A stretch of DNA of 64,000 nucleotides from Lama guanicoe (taxonomy: Eukaryota): assembly GCA_013239625.1 (NCBI GenBank), contig MU053379.1, forward strand, positions 1,842,866 through 1,906,865, in the 5' to 3' direction. The notes under the pieces are model-generated. The model saw only the letters and a program-made list of their open reading frames with translations. It was not told the DNA's origin and did not search any database. This document shows positions 1-13,700 of the stretch, piece after piece (the stretch's first letter is position 1; every line of letters starts with the position of its first letter). The position numbers and the translations under genes were made by a program.

Positions 1-80
1 TACAGACTACTAGAATTAATGAGAAAGTTCTTTCAGATTGCTGGATAGAAGATCAATGTATAAAAGTCGATTTCACATCT
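1..80 (+). mobile_element. Old L1 ORF2 fragment
   Basis: actactagaattaatgagaaagttc...gctggatagaagatcaatgtataaaagtc resembles the L1 ORF2 segment actactagaactaata...gcaggatacaagatcaatatacaaaaatc. Confidence 0.6.
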
Positions 81-530
81 GTCCCTCAGTTTCATATAAA
101 TATGAATTTCACATCTGTTCATCTGTCAGTCACATAGGAATAGAGAAACACATAGCACTGAGAAAGCCAAGCTGATGACTTCACTCAGGTCCTGTCCCCT
201 CTGTGGGGCCTTCTCCGATCAGGCCACCTTCCTGCTTAGGCTCAGAAACCATCCCTTCTATGTCTCTCTGCACAGCCTCCTACCCACCTTCACCTGAGTT
301 GCTTCCTCAGGTACTTGGCTTAATAGTGTTTTGACTAAAAGAAAATTAAAAAAGGAAAAAATTTAAATCTGATTGCTGAAACGTCTTCAGCTCTTTATAG
401 AAATCTACAACTTTCTCAGGACGCTCTTCAGAGGTAAGGGTTTAACTGCCAAGGCAATAATTTGGCGGATGAAAATATGAGGCTTGTAGCCACAGAAATG
501 TTCATTCCTGGAGACAGAAGACGGTCCCCG

Positions 531-880
531 GTCCTGTCCAGCCCCGTGGCCAGGGGCCCTAGGCAGCCCGCTGAGCCCTTGAACTGTGGATTGCGATGTC
601 GGTTAGCGTAAGACACCCACCAGGTTTTGAAGACTTAGTTCAAAGGAATGAGAGTATCTCCTTCATAAGTTTGTATTGATTAATTTTGATTAATTTGTAT
701 TATATGATTAATAAATTTGTATTGATGAGTACTTTTATATTATTGTAATGATACTACTTTTGATATAGGGGTTAATTAAAATGAATCATTAAAATTAATA
801 ATCCCTTCTCTTTCTCAATGTGGACACGAGAAAACTTGTTACACATGGGGCTTGCGTGCGTGGCTTCTGCCGTGCAGCAC
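531..880 (+). mobile_element. MER33-like hAT-Charlie MITE
   Basis: ctgtcca...gagcccttgaactgtgg...ttttgaagacttagt...ggttaattaaaatgaatcattaaaattaat...aatgtggac match the recalled MER33 consensus. Has an internal AT-rich expansion at ~670-730. Confidence 0.7.
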
Positions 881-1329
881 CCTCTAGGTTTCTGATTCCT
901 GACTGTGTGGTTGGGGTGAGCGCTTCACTTTCTCCCCGGCTCTTTTCCTCCTTTGTAAATAGGGGTGGTAAGGGTCTCATGGACTTAGATCGTTGAGAGG
1001 AGTCAGCGGAGAGATCCGTTCCCCGAACAAATACTTGATAAACGGTAGAGCTTGATAAATGGCCTCTGAGATAAAGGTAGTACCTGCACCGAATGGTTTT
1101 GTTTCTTGTTTGTCTGTTTTTGTTCTGGAGCACAGCGTAGTCCCTGAAACGGGAAAAAAGCACGCGAAAAAGGTCCCGGGGAAAATCGACCCCATTGCTG
1201 GCGTCTTGCCTGTTTGTCAGAGGCAGGGATCCGGACCAACCTCTGGGCAGTTTTGCTATTTGTCTTCTTAATGAGCTACTTTGAGAGAGAACTCTGAGTG
1301 CCTGACATCCTTTTAATCCCGCCGTGTTT

Positions 1330-2810
1330 GTGCAGAATGTAAACGTGACCATGTGAGCTGGAACCATGCAAAGAATCCTGATAACGAGAAGAATTGTGAT
1401 GGTTTTGTGAACTCTGAAGATTTGTGTCACATCATTAAAACCTGTCTTACTGTCAGTTGTAAACGTATAGTGAAATGGGGACTAGTAAAACTAATGTTCA
1501 CCTAGTACACTCCACTGAAAATGTTAGAAATATTGAGAATTAAAGGGTTTCATTTCTTTGTGAAGAAACATACCGAGAGCTGTTGAAATCGCTGTGCGTG
1601 TAATACGGGCTGAGCGTCTTTTCTGCGCTTCGGCAAGTTGTCGTAGCACGTTCTGAGTTTGGATCAGCCTCTAGCATCTTGTCTTCTGCACGTTCCGGGG
1701 TCAGGAGGTATCTCTGAGAGCTCCCTTAGGGTGAAGCTTTTTGCCGGCCTCGCCGCCTCCAGGACGCCTTCATCCTGTCTGTCACAACCACTCCCTTCAT
1801 TGGTGCCGCGATGTTCATCTTCCCGGAGTCCCTCCGGCTGCGTCTCTGGAGCCTCTCCATCCACGGGGGTGCGAGCATCCCCGTGTGCGGCCGTTTCTCC
1901 TGCGGCTCCGTTTCTGCTGTGTCCACGTTCCTCCGCCAGCGTTACCGCTTTTCATTTCTCTGCCACACTTTCATCTTGCTGGTCAGTTCCTCCTTTTGAT
2001 TACCCGCCTTGTAGGATATCACGTGGGTTTATCACCGCGAGGCGAGGAGCAATGCGATTTGCAGTCTGTGGGTGGCCCGAGTCACCGATGCAGTGACCGA
2101 TCGGGACGGACCCTGAAGACATTGATGTGTTGGTCGCCGATCGTGGGGTGCGCGTTCTCCGCGTCGTGACCGTGGACTGCAGAGCTGGCAGTGAAGTCTG
2201 TGCCTGAGCAGCTCCTCACAGCTAATAGGTGGTGGTGACAGAAACCCGAACCGTGTTGCTGGGGCACAGGTGTTATTCACCTAAACTGTGGCATCTGAAG
2301 TCAGGGCCTCCGAGAACCGGGCAGCGCGAGGGCTGCTTGTGGCCAGCATGCCCAGAAGGTTGTTCCCTGGGGAGAGATCCACCACCCCCTTAATCTTTGT
2401 CTCTTGTCCCTTGTCTGCTCTGAACGGCCAGCCCTCCTGTTTGTGGTCGTGAGGCGTTATCTTGAGGATGTGCCATGTGTGAAGGGGAGATGGGTAAGGG
2501 TCAGTGATCATTAAGTCATTTGACAGCTATGTGCTCCATATCCATCCGTGTTGGGTGCTGTGTTCAGCTCTGGCATGTTTGCTGGCAACTGAAAGTGCCT
2601 TAAATTGCTCTCATTTTTGGTTTTTGGCAGCTCACTTTCCAGCATATTTTCCAAACCGCCACTTACACCGTTTGCACTAGGTTTTAAAGTGACTTCTCAC
2701 TCGCACAACTTTCCGCTCTGTTGATCGCTGGGACACACATGCCGCAGGAGCATCGAGTTCCTGAGATGGGGCGTGGCCTGCGTCTCAGCCCGCCTGATGG
2801 GACAGTCCCC
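1330..2810 (-). mobile_element. Possible ancient hAT (Tip100/Arthur-like) DNA transposon remnant, probably interrupted
   Basis: Overall resemblance only. An AT-rich internal block (1400-1570) and a possible terminal motif (cctgatgggacagtcccct, ~2790-2810). No intact transposase. Confidence 0.25.
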
Positions 2811-3229
2811 TTTCTGAGTCCAACAATCAACTAATGAACACAGTCTCAACTTGCATAGCTGCTACTCAGTTATTCAGAGCATGTGTCATCCGAGCCAGTC
2901 GCGTTTCTCAGCATCTTCGTTCCTCAGGGTTTCTAACTGAGCTGGGAGTTATGGGTACCATACTCTACAGGCTGAGTTATGGTTTGTTTAGAATCAGATG
3001 TCTTTGTCTGGAGGGTTAAATTCCATGGAAAAACTACTTCAACCAGAAGGGAGGTGTGGCCAGACGGAGAGTTTTATGATCTTAGAGCTTTCAAAAAAAT
3101 TTTTTTATCCTTTGGAGATTCTTCGCCATTAAATACATTAAGTAGTTTTGGCAAATAATGTATTTGCTTAAGAAATCCAAAACACGTTTTATAAAACAGC
3201 TCTCTGGCTCCCAGTGGTGAAGGGAACCA

Positions 3230-3430
3230 GATGCTTCTTGAGCTAGAAGTGTGCCAGGACCTTTAACATTTCATCCCACACAGTGCCCATAAAGGTTTTA
3301 TAGAAAGGGAACCATCATCTGCATTGATACAGGTGAGGAACCTGAGGCCTAGACAGGTAGGTTCAGGTACTCAAGATCTCCAGTGTTAGAGCTGAATTTT
3401 GAGTTTTGAGTTTGTCTGATTCCAGAGTCT
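3230..3430 (-). mobile_element. MIR SINE
   Basis: acaggtgaggaacctgaggcctagacaggtagg...agagctgaattt...gtctgattccagagtc is a MIR core in reverse orientation. Confidence 0.65.
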
Positions 3431-4170
3431 TTATACTTTTCCATATAGAAGTGATTATAAATGGCTGGCATACGGGCCACCACTCTCACATCCTAGTTCC
3501 ATTACAGACATCACTAATCGAGAACCAATTGCTTCTCTCTGTCTTATGCCATGCTGCTGCCCATGAAGGTGCCAAATGGTGCTCAGAATGGAAACTGCAC
3601 CTCAACCCCTAACTGAAAGGTAACGTGAGCAGAGAGGTCTTAGGGATGTCTGGGCTGGGGAGGCACTGGCACAGCTGCCGGTGGGGAGCTTTCAGCCAGT
3701 TTGGCCTCTCACTGCTGTTGGGATGATGGTGTCCCTCCCTCCTTCTAGCATTTTCCCTATGCCCACTATTTCTATATTTGGGACACCAAGTGAAGAGAGC
3801 TAGGGTACTCCCAGTGGGATATGGCACTCCCAGTGCCACAGACAGGAAGAAAACCAATTATGAATTTAGATCCTGTCTGTTTGGCCTGTGTCTTGCTTTG
3901 GGTTTCTCTAAAAGCAGACCCTCTGACAAGGACTTGGGCACAGGAGGTGGACCATGACTCCCTCCAAGAGGAGCAAGGAGGAGAGCGGGACAAAGTGGAG
4001 GGACTGGCTGATTACAGGTGCCCTCATAAGCAGCATGCTGCCGTGCGCAGCTGGTCAACCCTGGACGTCTGGCTGTGGAATGTCCTCAGGAGTAGGCAGC
4101 TGGGGCATTTAGCCACCGTGTCCAGTCTCCTGCTCACTTTCCTCCCTCCCCCAGGACTGACTCCTCTGTG

Positions 4171-4377
4171 CACTCTTCCTTCGGTATCTGCAGGGCATTG
4201 GTTCTAGGACCCCTGCTGATACCAAAATCCACGGGTGCTCAAGTCCCTTATGCAGAATGGCATGGTTGAGTCGGCCCTCCATTTCCATGGGTGCAGAACC
4301 CGCAGGTTCAGCCAACTTCAGAATCTGCAGTTGGTAACTCTGAGGATGTGGGACCTGTGGCTACAGAGGGCCGACTG
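4171..4377. mobile_element. MER2-family (TcMar-Tigger) MITE
   Basis: Starts cactcttccttcggtatctgcagggcattggttctaggacccc...ataccaaaatccacgggtgctcaagtccctta and ends acagagggccgactg, i.e. degenerate MER2 terminal inverted repeats. Confidence 0.8.
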
Positions 4378-7300
4378 TGTTTCTCAGTTGCTTCTGTGCT
4401 GATCAGCCTCCCCTGGTGCTGGAGAAAGCCATCAGGCAGACCAGCTGGCAGATGCAGGCACTGGGTGAGGACGCTTCACACGGGAGCCACTGGGGTCTGG
4501 GGCGGGCTTCCCTGGTGTCTGCTCTAGCTGGCTTCCACCGGTGATTTCCCCTGAGAGTGGGCACACAGTTAAGCGGATCCCACTTCCCTCACATTAGGAA
4601 GTCACGCAGATTCTTTATATTAATGCCATGGGGTGTACAGACCCCAAATAGCCTTTCTCTGTGGCCAGGCTGCATTCTGAGTGGTTGCAAGCCCAGCAGA
4701 GTGGAGCTGAAATTTACAGTGGTGGCTGAGTCCATCGAAGACAACACAGACTGCTCCTAATAAATTCCTTGTTATCTTTTACAACCATCGCGGGCAGGCC
4801 TGGTTCTTCTCAACACCATGTCAGCCGGAGTGAATGTTACCCCAGACAACCATGAATGGAGGAGTGAAGAGTACTGGGGCCAAAATAACGAGCTTTGAAA
4901 TGGAGCCGAACAGTGTTTCCCAGTGGAAGGGGCAGACCCGAGGCGGGTGAACCCAGACGACCTCTGCGCTGAGGAGAGCCTTAGCTTTGGGGAGTCCCTG
5001 AAACTGTGGGTAGCACAATCTTTGCCACCAAAGCTTGGAGCAAGAGGAAGACGCAGTGCTGGTGACAGGGTGACGATGTGCTTGGGGTAATAGGTGCTAA
5101 TTAGCCCCGATGGCTGACTTTCATCATTGCTGTCATCTGTTGAAATCGGCCAGCTGACAGCATGGTGCAGATGCATCTTTTCCAGTAGGCAGACACGCAG
5201 AAACTGCTGCCTTCTCCCTTCCTGCCTCTCCTCTGAGCTTAAGAAAAAGCCCTGAAGTTAGGATAAGGGGCACATTCTCCCGGAATCTCCTCACCGGTTC
5301 CCTTGTGTTTTCTTGGTACGTTCTCCTGCACGTGGCTCTGTCTCACTGGACCGTGTGAACGAGGCGGAGAACAGCTCCACCTTTCTTGCTGGCAGTTTTT
5401 CAGATGGCGCTCCCGTGATAAGCGTCTTGGTTTCCAAGATGGGGGAGGAGTATTGCATTTAGAATTAATGTGTTGATAGCTCTGTTAAATTGTAAAGAGA
5501 TACATGGAGAGACGGTCCGTGATGTCACAGTCTCACGGGAGCTGTGTGTGCGTTTGAATGACAGAGTTACGCAGTAGGTGCTCTGCCTCTCAGAGTGAAG
5601 CAGGGTCCTGTGGGAACACCTGGGGCAGTTCCCGGGTGCCTGGTCTTCCCACGAGATTAGGCGATAGTGCTGGTCCCAGCACGCCCCCCGGCAGCGGACA
5701 GAACGGTATCACTGATGGACAGCACCCCAGCATTTCCCTGATGGGCCGTGGGCTCATCCGCCCTTCCCTGTAGGAGTGGGTGGAGAGGGGACAGACCTGA
5801 AGCTTCACATCCCCAGGGCGCCCATCCGGGTGTCCCAGGGCCCAGGTCATGTCCTGGAAATTCAAACAGTGACTCCACGTGTTGAGCAGAAACGATCTGC
5901 CACTGCTGGTTTAAGGAATCAGTCATTTTTAAGGCGTTCCCACTACAAGAGAGGCAGGGAGCTGTTTCGGACTGCAAGGTCTGATGAAGGCATGCATGGC
6001 ACGTGCTGGTGAGCCCCGTGCCAAGTGCCCCCCTGGCGGCCCCAGAGCTACCCTCGGGGCCTGAGCTCTTCTGAGCAGTCAGGTTGGAGTCCTCCGTGTT
6101 TCCCAGACCCTTAAGCCACTTCTTCTGGTGTTCGCTTCTTTAACTGCCTCATGGTTGTTAGTTTTCAGTCGTCGGCATCTTTACTGATAGGAACCACGTC
6201 TGTCCGTCCCCCGTGACCTTCCAAGGCCTTGTACACGTTCGACCAGCTAGAAGCTGCGCGAAGTCGCCCAGCGCTGCCCCTGGGCCTCCTCGGTTCCCCG
6301 TCAGTCTCATGCCACGTCGCCCCTGTTGAGCGCCTGCTGTGGGCCCAGCCCACTTTGGCAGGAAGAGGAGCCGGGAAAATATGCAAAATGTTCCTTTCCT
6401 CAGGGAGCTTCTGGAACCGGTGGAGGGACGAGGCAGTCACGTGTGAGGGAGACACAGGGCCCGACATTCCAGAATCAAACACGAGCACGGGCACCGGGAA
6501 GTGGGAGGGCCGAGAAGGGAAGGGGCTCGAGTGCGGAGATGGACGGTGTCGGCGCAACACGGGAGGGGTGCAGGGACCACAGCTCCCAGTGGGGTGAGTG
6601 TGGCTGCAGGGGAGGAACGTGCAGTTGACAGGCCAGGGGCCCCAGCACCGGCCTCCCACGGCCGGGCCAGTGCGCATGCTCTGTGTCGATGGCGCGGGCC
6701 CGGTGAGAGGCGGGAGGGAGCGGTGGGGCCTGCGGTGCGTGCAGGGGAACCTTCCTTGTCCAGAGGGGAGGGGGCGGTAGGCGTTCCCCTCAGTGCCTGT
6801 ACGCCAGGGACTCAGGCCTCTCCTGCCATGTCTTCTGGTTTTTCAAAAGAAGCTAGAAATCTGGCTTTTTACATAAAACTGGGGAACTTTTACAAGATGG
6901 TATGAAGGTATGAACCGAAGTACACCCATCTGGCAGTCTCCAGCTGGACTGTGCCCTTTGGCCTCTGCCATCCCAGCGTGCCCTCCTACAGGGTGGGGTC
7001 GCCGGGACAGCCTGATACCCGCCACCTGGACACCCAGCGGCCTGACTGCCTTGTGTGGTCACCCCAGATGCCCCTGGAGGGTCCCAGGCCAGGTCAGGTG
7101 AGAGGGTTCACCTGCGGGAAACCGCCTTTCCTGCACGCACTGGGCTGCTTGCTGCCTTGGGCTGGGATTTCAGACGGCCGGGTCGGGGTGGGGAGCATGG
7201 TTTTGGGGACAACAGCAGTGACTCCAAGTGTTGCGGAGTCTGTCATTCCTCAGCAACAAACTCAGCAGCTCTCCTTCCAATTTAATAAATCCAGACCCTT

Positions 7301-7555
7301 GTGGCTCGTACAACAAGCGTGATGACAAGTAATAATAACTCATAAGGAACATTATTATTAATTTTTCGTCTTCCTGACTCATGCCTCTGGCATGGGAGAT
7401 CTGGGCAGGAGTGGCCACAGCTAATGTTCTCTGGAGCTGGAAGGCGTGATTCCAGAGACCGTGCTGTGGGGCGGAGAGGTCTGCAGGGGCCAGCAAGGAG
7501 GAGGAGACTTGTGGGGAGAGACTTGGGCTCCCTGGATGTCCCAGGTTTCTCCAGG

Positions 7556-7708
7556 GCAGCATGGCGTCAGAAGCCTGGATTCTGGGACCCACTGCCTGGG
7601 TTCAAATGTCTGCTGTGCTGCCTCCTAGCTCTGCGACCATGAGCAAGTTATTTAACCTCTCTGTGCCAGTCTTCTCATCTTCAAATGCAATCTCTTGTCT
7701 TGTTGTGA
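7556..7708 (+). mobile_element. MIR SINE, 5' part (split by L1; continues at ~9179-9260)
   Basis: ctgcctgggttcaaat...tagctctgcgaccatgagcaagttatttaacctctctgtgccagtcttctcatct. The continuation tgttgtgagaattaaa...cacttag follows the L1. Confidence 0.75.
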
Positions 7709-9178
7709 TTTTTAGTTTTGCGAGGCTCCTCCGTATTGTTTTCCACCGTGGCTGCACCAGTTTACATTCTCATCAACAGGATGTGAGCCAACTTCTGTTA
7801 TCTGTAGACTTTCTGATGATGGCCATTCTGACAAGTGTGAGGTGACATCTTGCTGTGGCTTTGATGTGCATTTGATGTGCATTTCTCTGATGATCAGGGA
7901 TGTCAAGCATCTTCCTGTGTGCTGTTGGCCATCTGTATACATTCTTTGTAAACACATCTGTTCAGGTCTTTTGCCCATTTTCAATCGGGTTGTCTGTTTT
8001 TCGATACTGAGTTATACGGGCTGTTGATGTATTTTGAATATTAGCCCCTCATCAGTCATATCGTTTGCAGGTATTGTCTCCTATGTGAGTAGCTTGTCTC
8101 TTTGTTTTGCTGATGGTTTCCTTTGCTGTGCAAAAGCTTTCAGGTTTAATTAGGTCCTATCTGTTTATTTTTGCTTTTTTCTCTTTTGACTTAGGAGACA
8201 GATCCAAAAAAATACTGCTGTGATTTACGTGGAAGAGTGTTCTGCCTATGTTTTCTTCTGAGCTTTATAGTTTCTGGTCTCAAATTTAGGTCTTTAATGC
8301 ATTTTGAGTTTATTTTTGTACATGGTGTGGGAAAATGTTCTAGTTTCATCCTTTTACATGTAGCTGTCCAGTTTTCCCAGCACCACTTATTGAAGAGATT
8401 GCCTTCATATAATCTTATATGAAGATTGTACAATCTTTGTTGTAGGTTAACTGACCGTAGGTGCATGGATTTATTTCTGGGCTCTCTATTCTGTTCTATT
8501 GATCCGTGTTTTTGTGCTGGTACCACACTGTTTTGATGACTGGAGCTTTGTAGTATAGTCTGGAGTCAGGGAGTGTGATGCCAGCAATTCCACTCCTGGG
8601 TGTTTGTCCAAAGAAACGAGTACACTAATTCCGAAAGACACACGCAGCCCCGTGCTCACAGCAGCACTGTTTCCAACAGCCAAGACATGGTAGCAACCGA
8701 AGTGTCCATCTACAGATGACTGGGATAAAGAAGATGTGGCATATACACACAATGGAATATCACCAGCCATAAAAAATAATGAAATTCTGCCATTTGCAAC
8801 AAAGGATGGACCTAGAGTGTCCTGTGCTAATAAAATAAGTCAGATGGAGAAAGACAAATGCTGTATGTTCTCACCTATATATGGAATCTAAAAAGTAAAA
8901 CAAACGAATGAGTGTAACAAAACAGAAACAGACTCACAGATAGACAAACTAGTGGTTACCAATGGGGAGAGGGGAGGGGCAAGACAGGGGTAGGGATTAA
9001 GAGTACAGACCACTATGTATGAAATAAGTAGGCTACAGAGTTACATCGTGCAGCACAAAGACTATAACCAATACTTTGCAACAACTTTACATGGAGTATA
9101 ATCTATAAAGACACTGAATCACTATGTTATACACCTAAAACTAATATAATATTGTAAATCAACTATACTTTAAAAAAT
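7709..9178. mobile_element. 5'-truncated L1 with 5' inversion (7709-~8580 minus, ~8581-9178 plus)
   Basis: Minus-strand ORF2 peptides ([46 protein letters not shown]), then a plus-strand ORF2 end and 3'UTR finishing ...tgtaaatcaactatactttaaaaaa. Confidence 0.9.
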
Positions 9179-9889
9179 TTCCACCAAAGTGTTGTGAGAA
9201 TTAAAGCTACCCTATATAAACCACTTAGAGGACTATGTGGTGCATTATGACTGTGAGAGAAGCACTGGCTTTTGTTGTGGCCGTAGTGTCTACGGAAGAT
9301 GCCGTGCTCTGCTCTGTCCACAGTAGTAAGTGCCTCTGATTCCCTGGGTGGGGCTGGAAGTTCACTGACTCCCCTTAACCTAGCAGGCTCTGCTCCCCAG
9401 CTGAGTGTGCGTCTCCTCTCGTGAGCGCCCCGTGAAGTAAGGGATGTACGTCCCGTCCCTCTGTCGGAGGGGTCTCAGGGAGGTTGAGTGGCTTATTCTT
9501 AGTGACTCATCGGCTGCCGCTGTTGGGGGTCAGCTGGTCCGGATGCTGGGGAGGTGCTTTCTTTAGGGTGATTGTGGCTGGGTGCCCCGCCCTCGCCCCA
9601 CTGGGCGTGTTCCCATGGTTGAAGACAGAATGACAGCCAACCAGGTTTGGAGTGTTGTTGAGGAGGAGACCGGGCTTCTGTGGATGTCTGTCTAGCCTGT
9701 TTGTTTTTCGTCTTCATCCTCTCTACGTGGCCCAAAGCGTAAGTGAGGAGGGAGCATGGTGCCATCAGACGAGCCCAACGCCTGGGTACAAACTCAGATG
9801 TGCCACTGACCAGCGTGTGGCCGTGGACAAGTCACTGTCCTTCCATGGCTGTATTTCATTTCCCGGACAGAGAGGACTGGATATGCAAC

Positions 9890-10780
9890 AATGTTGAAGC
9901 CGTGAACCACACGGTGGCCACTGAGCACTTGAAATGTGGCTTGTCCAAGTGAGACTCATGCTGTGTGTACAAGAACCAACGGCCTTTGAAGGCTTAATAC
10001 AAAAAGAGAGTGTGAAAGAGTTGCTTGTTAATTTTTATCCGCACAATAGAATACCGTTCAGCTATTAAAAGGAATGAAGTCCTGATACTGCAGCAACATG
10101 GATGCACCTTGAAAACATTGTGTGAAGCCAAAGAAGCCAGTCCCCAAAGACCACATAGTCTGTGATCCCACTGATAGGCCACGTCCAGAACGGGCAGATC
10201 TGCAGGGACAGAAAGTAGATGAGTGGTCGCCCAGGACTGCGCAGTTGGGGAACAGAGTGACTGCTGATGGGTGCGTGGCATCTTTTGAGGGTAATGAAAA
10301 TATTCTTTTGTAAATCAAAGTATAGTCAATTTACAGTGTTGTCTTAGCCTCTGGTGTACAGCAAAGTGATTCAGTTATACACGTGTGTGTGTATATATAT
10401 ATATTCTTTTTCATTGTAGGTTATCACAAGATAGTAAATATAGTTCCCTGTACTTTACATTAGGATCTTTTTGTTGAAAATATTCTAAAATTAGATTATG
10501 ATGGTGATCACGCAAATCTATAAATGTATGAGAAGCCATTTAATTGTACACTTTAAATGGGCGAACTTTATGGTATGTAAGTTGTGTCTCAATAAAGGTG
10601 ATGAGATAGTTTTTACATTGATTGCATGGTGAAATGATAGTATTTTGCCTATATGAGGTTAAGTAAAATATATTATTGAAATTAATTCCACCAGTTGCAT
10701 TTCACTCTTTCAGTATGTGTGCAGGAGAACGTGACCTTGCACACGTGGCTCGCGGTGTATTTCTGTTGGACCGCACTGCA
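9890..10780 (+). mobile_element. MER33 split by an L1 3' fragment (~10039-10608), itself split by a younger L1 3' end
   Basis: MER33 5' half ggccactgagcacttgaaatgtggct (~9917) and 3' half tgaaatgatagtatttt...tatttctgttggaccgcactg (~10630-10778). The intervening L1MB-like 3'UTR ends tctcaataaag. Confidence 0.75.
10307..10474 (-). mobile_element. Short L1 3'-end insertion (cetartiodactyl type) with 12-bp TSD
   Basis: TSD tgaaaatattct at 10295-10306 and 10475-10486. Body ggtgtacagcaaagtgattcagttatac...atagttccctgt. Confidence 0.85.
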
Positions 10781-13700
10781 CTCACGTTCTCAAGGGACCT
10801 TCCTGGTTCCAAAATTATATTCTTCCACGAAACCCTCCCAGGTTTGGACTTCTGATGATTCATCTGGTACCATGGCTAGAACCCAATGTGAAAAAAAAAG
10901 TGCACATGGGTCTTTTTTTAAATCAGTTGCAAAAATAGGTTTTCAGAGAGAGATCCTGGAAGGAGGCAGAGTCACATAAGGTGAACCAGAGACCGGGGCT
11001 GTCACTTTCTCTGGCTCCCGTGAGCCTCCTGGAGCCATCTGTCACCATGGACAGGGCTGTTTTAAAAAATTTACAGTCTGGGCCTGAACAATGGTTTCCT
11101 CAATCAATCCTTCTCTTGGAAAATTGACTCCAGGACCGCTGCTGCCCAGTGGAACAGGCAGTAAATTCCTGGTTGGCAAGAGGGTTAATGGTTGCCTGGT
11201 CGAGCCCACGAGCCTGGATCCCCCATGTCCTTCTGGCCCAGCCGGAGACCACTAGAGCGATCTTTGTCCCCCGAAAGGCTCGATGTCGAAGCACAAGCCT
11301 TGTCATCCAATCTCATCTCCTAGGAGGGCTGAAGGTGACCTTGGGAACCATATTTGTACTTCAGTTGTCCTCCAGCAATGATTCAGTGGGTGCCTGTTCT
11401 CTTTCCTGCCCTTTGCTGGGTGCTGGGAAATCCAGAAGTCCGCGTTATATGGCTTTGCGGAGAGACCCGACTCCTGCAAGAACTGGGAAGTATCAGAGAG
11501 CAAACCCCTCCGGGCGCGGCGTGTGTCTGCACGGCGCGGGCTCTTTCCCCCGTGCTCCTGCAATGACTCCTTTCAGGCTGGACGAACCTCTGAGCCCAGG
11601 GCCACGGCCCCCTCGACCTCTGAGCTCTGCAGCCCCTGCTCGGGGATAGGTCCCTGTTTGGAACGTTGTCCCTAGACTCCTTTTCCTCCTTTTTCAGTCT
11701 GTTTTCATTTAAACCAGGGGTGCCAGTGTTCACAGTTTGGGGAAGGCCCGGCACCGAACTCCTGGGGGCTGGGCACCCCTGTGCCACCTGCTCCCACCAG
11801 CCGTCACCCCACGGCTCCTCGTGGTCTGCTTCCTACGCACTGAGCTCTTCTCGCCCCTTTCAAAGTTTGGGCGGAGGCACGGGGAAGTGAAGGCTTTCTG
11901 TAAAAGCCACATTTAAGATTTCTTTGGGGAACGAGACAAAAGCAAAATTCTTTGGTCCCTGGGCTGCTTCTGAAGTGATTGTATTCGCAGAGAAGTAGTA
12001 ATTGAAACAGTAATGATGAGGAAGATGGGGACCTGAACAGTTTCTTACAGCTCTTCCACCTAGTCTGAGCTTTCCAGAAAGCTCCAGGGAAGAACACACA
12101 GGTACGAGGGGATGGAGCACTGGCGACCGAAAATTCGACAAGGGCCAGAGTGGTCTGTAGGACACTCAGGGACTCACATTGAGACCCTATGTCGTCCTGG
12201 GAGTAATTCACCAAAGAACCTAGATCTCCATTTTACCGTCAGTGCAAGGAGAGGGCTTGTTCCACAATTGAATGAGAGTCAGGCACGTTTTCCTGTAACG
12301 GTGATATACAGAGGAAGGATTGGAAATAGAGCTGTTCAGAGATAGTTTGCCTCTGAGCCATGTCATTTCCGGGATCTCCCAGGAGAGGACACTTTGCTAA
12401 TAAAGCTTTGCTACTGAGGGGAAGCCCTCCAAACCCCTCTGATGAGAACGTAAGTCAGACCGTGGTTCTGGAAGAGAAAATGAAACCAGTGTGCAGCTTG
12501 GAAGATGAAGAGATGCTGGGATGTCCTGCCTCCAACATGCGATGGTGTCCATGAGTGCGGGCTCTGGAAGGGCTGCTTCCACCGGCCAGACGCTACCGGG
12601 TTATCCTTTTCTCAGTGATGGGTGTTTGTGACGCCCTTGGCCACAGTGGGGGTACCACGCCACCCAGGGCCTTTTAGGCAAAGTACTTACGGTCTTGGAA
12701 GCAGAGCAAGGCTGGATGGCAGGACCCCATGGCATTCTGGAACCGTCTGAATGCTGGACCGCACAGCAGCCATGGGACGGCCCTTCTGGAGGGGTTCCTT
12801 GTACACATGGATCTGGGCCACGTGCAATAATCTTTCTTTTTCTCACTCTCAGATACTATAAAGGGGATGCTCTGAATATTCATGTACCTCTGGGGCCTTT
12901 TGCAACATTGTTTTCCCCTTCACATTTTATTTGAAACTATTCAACCGCACAGAAACGGGGAAGAACTGTATATAGTGAACACTCAGATAGATTTCACTGT
13001 TCACATTTTGCTATATGGTATTTGCAACTTTTTTTTTTGCTTCAGTAAAGTCTCTTCATGATTCTCTTATCATATTTTATTTTTCAAAAACCAGCCCCTG
13101 TCTCAGATGGCAACATCGTAGGGAAGATTATACCAAAATAGCATCTTAGTGAGGCCAAGGCGGGAATCCAGGTACCCTGAGTTTAAGGAGGCAAAGGTAA
13201 AGGAAGGATTCCTGGAGGGGGAGCCACAAGGTGGAGGAACCAGGCCAGGCTCCGCTGCTAAAAAGCCTGAGGGCACCTCAGATCAAAAGACCTTTGCCCG
13301 GACAGTCTCCAGGACGACCTTGGACCGGGTGCTGCCTGCAGTCTAGCCCAGGGCTGGGACCTTGGGCAGGTCGCTGGCCTAGATTCCAAGCGATCAGCTT
13401 CTTGTTTGGGAAGTGGGAATATGAACACCCAGCTCCCAAGGCTGTCGTGAGGTAAGTGAGGCGCTGGGGTGTGAGGCGGGTGGCCGGCAGGCGGTGGGTC
13501 TGTGCAGGGAGGCAGGTGTCCCGCGGCCGAGCACACGTGCACCTCTGTGCCCTGCCCAGAGCGGGACGCCCACAGAGGGTCGAGTTTTTAAAATTTTAAT
13601 TATAATTATTATTTTATTGCTGGAGTTACATCTGTATTGTGTTTAGAAACAGTAGTAGCAGCAAGAGCAGTCATTCTTGTGAAGTTAAGTGGATATGAAC

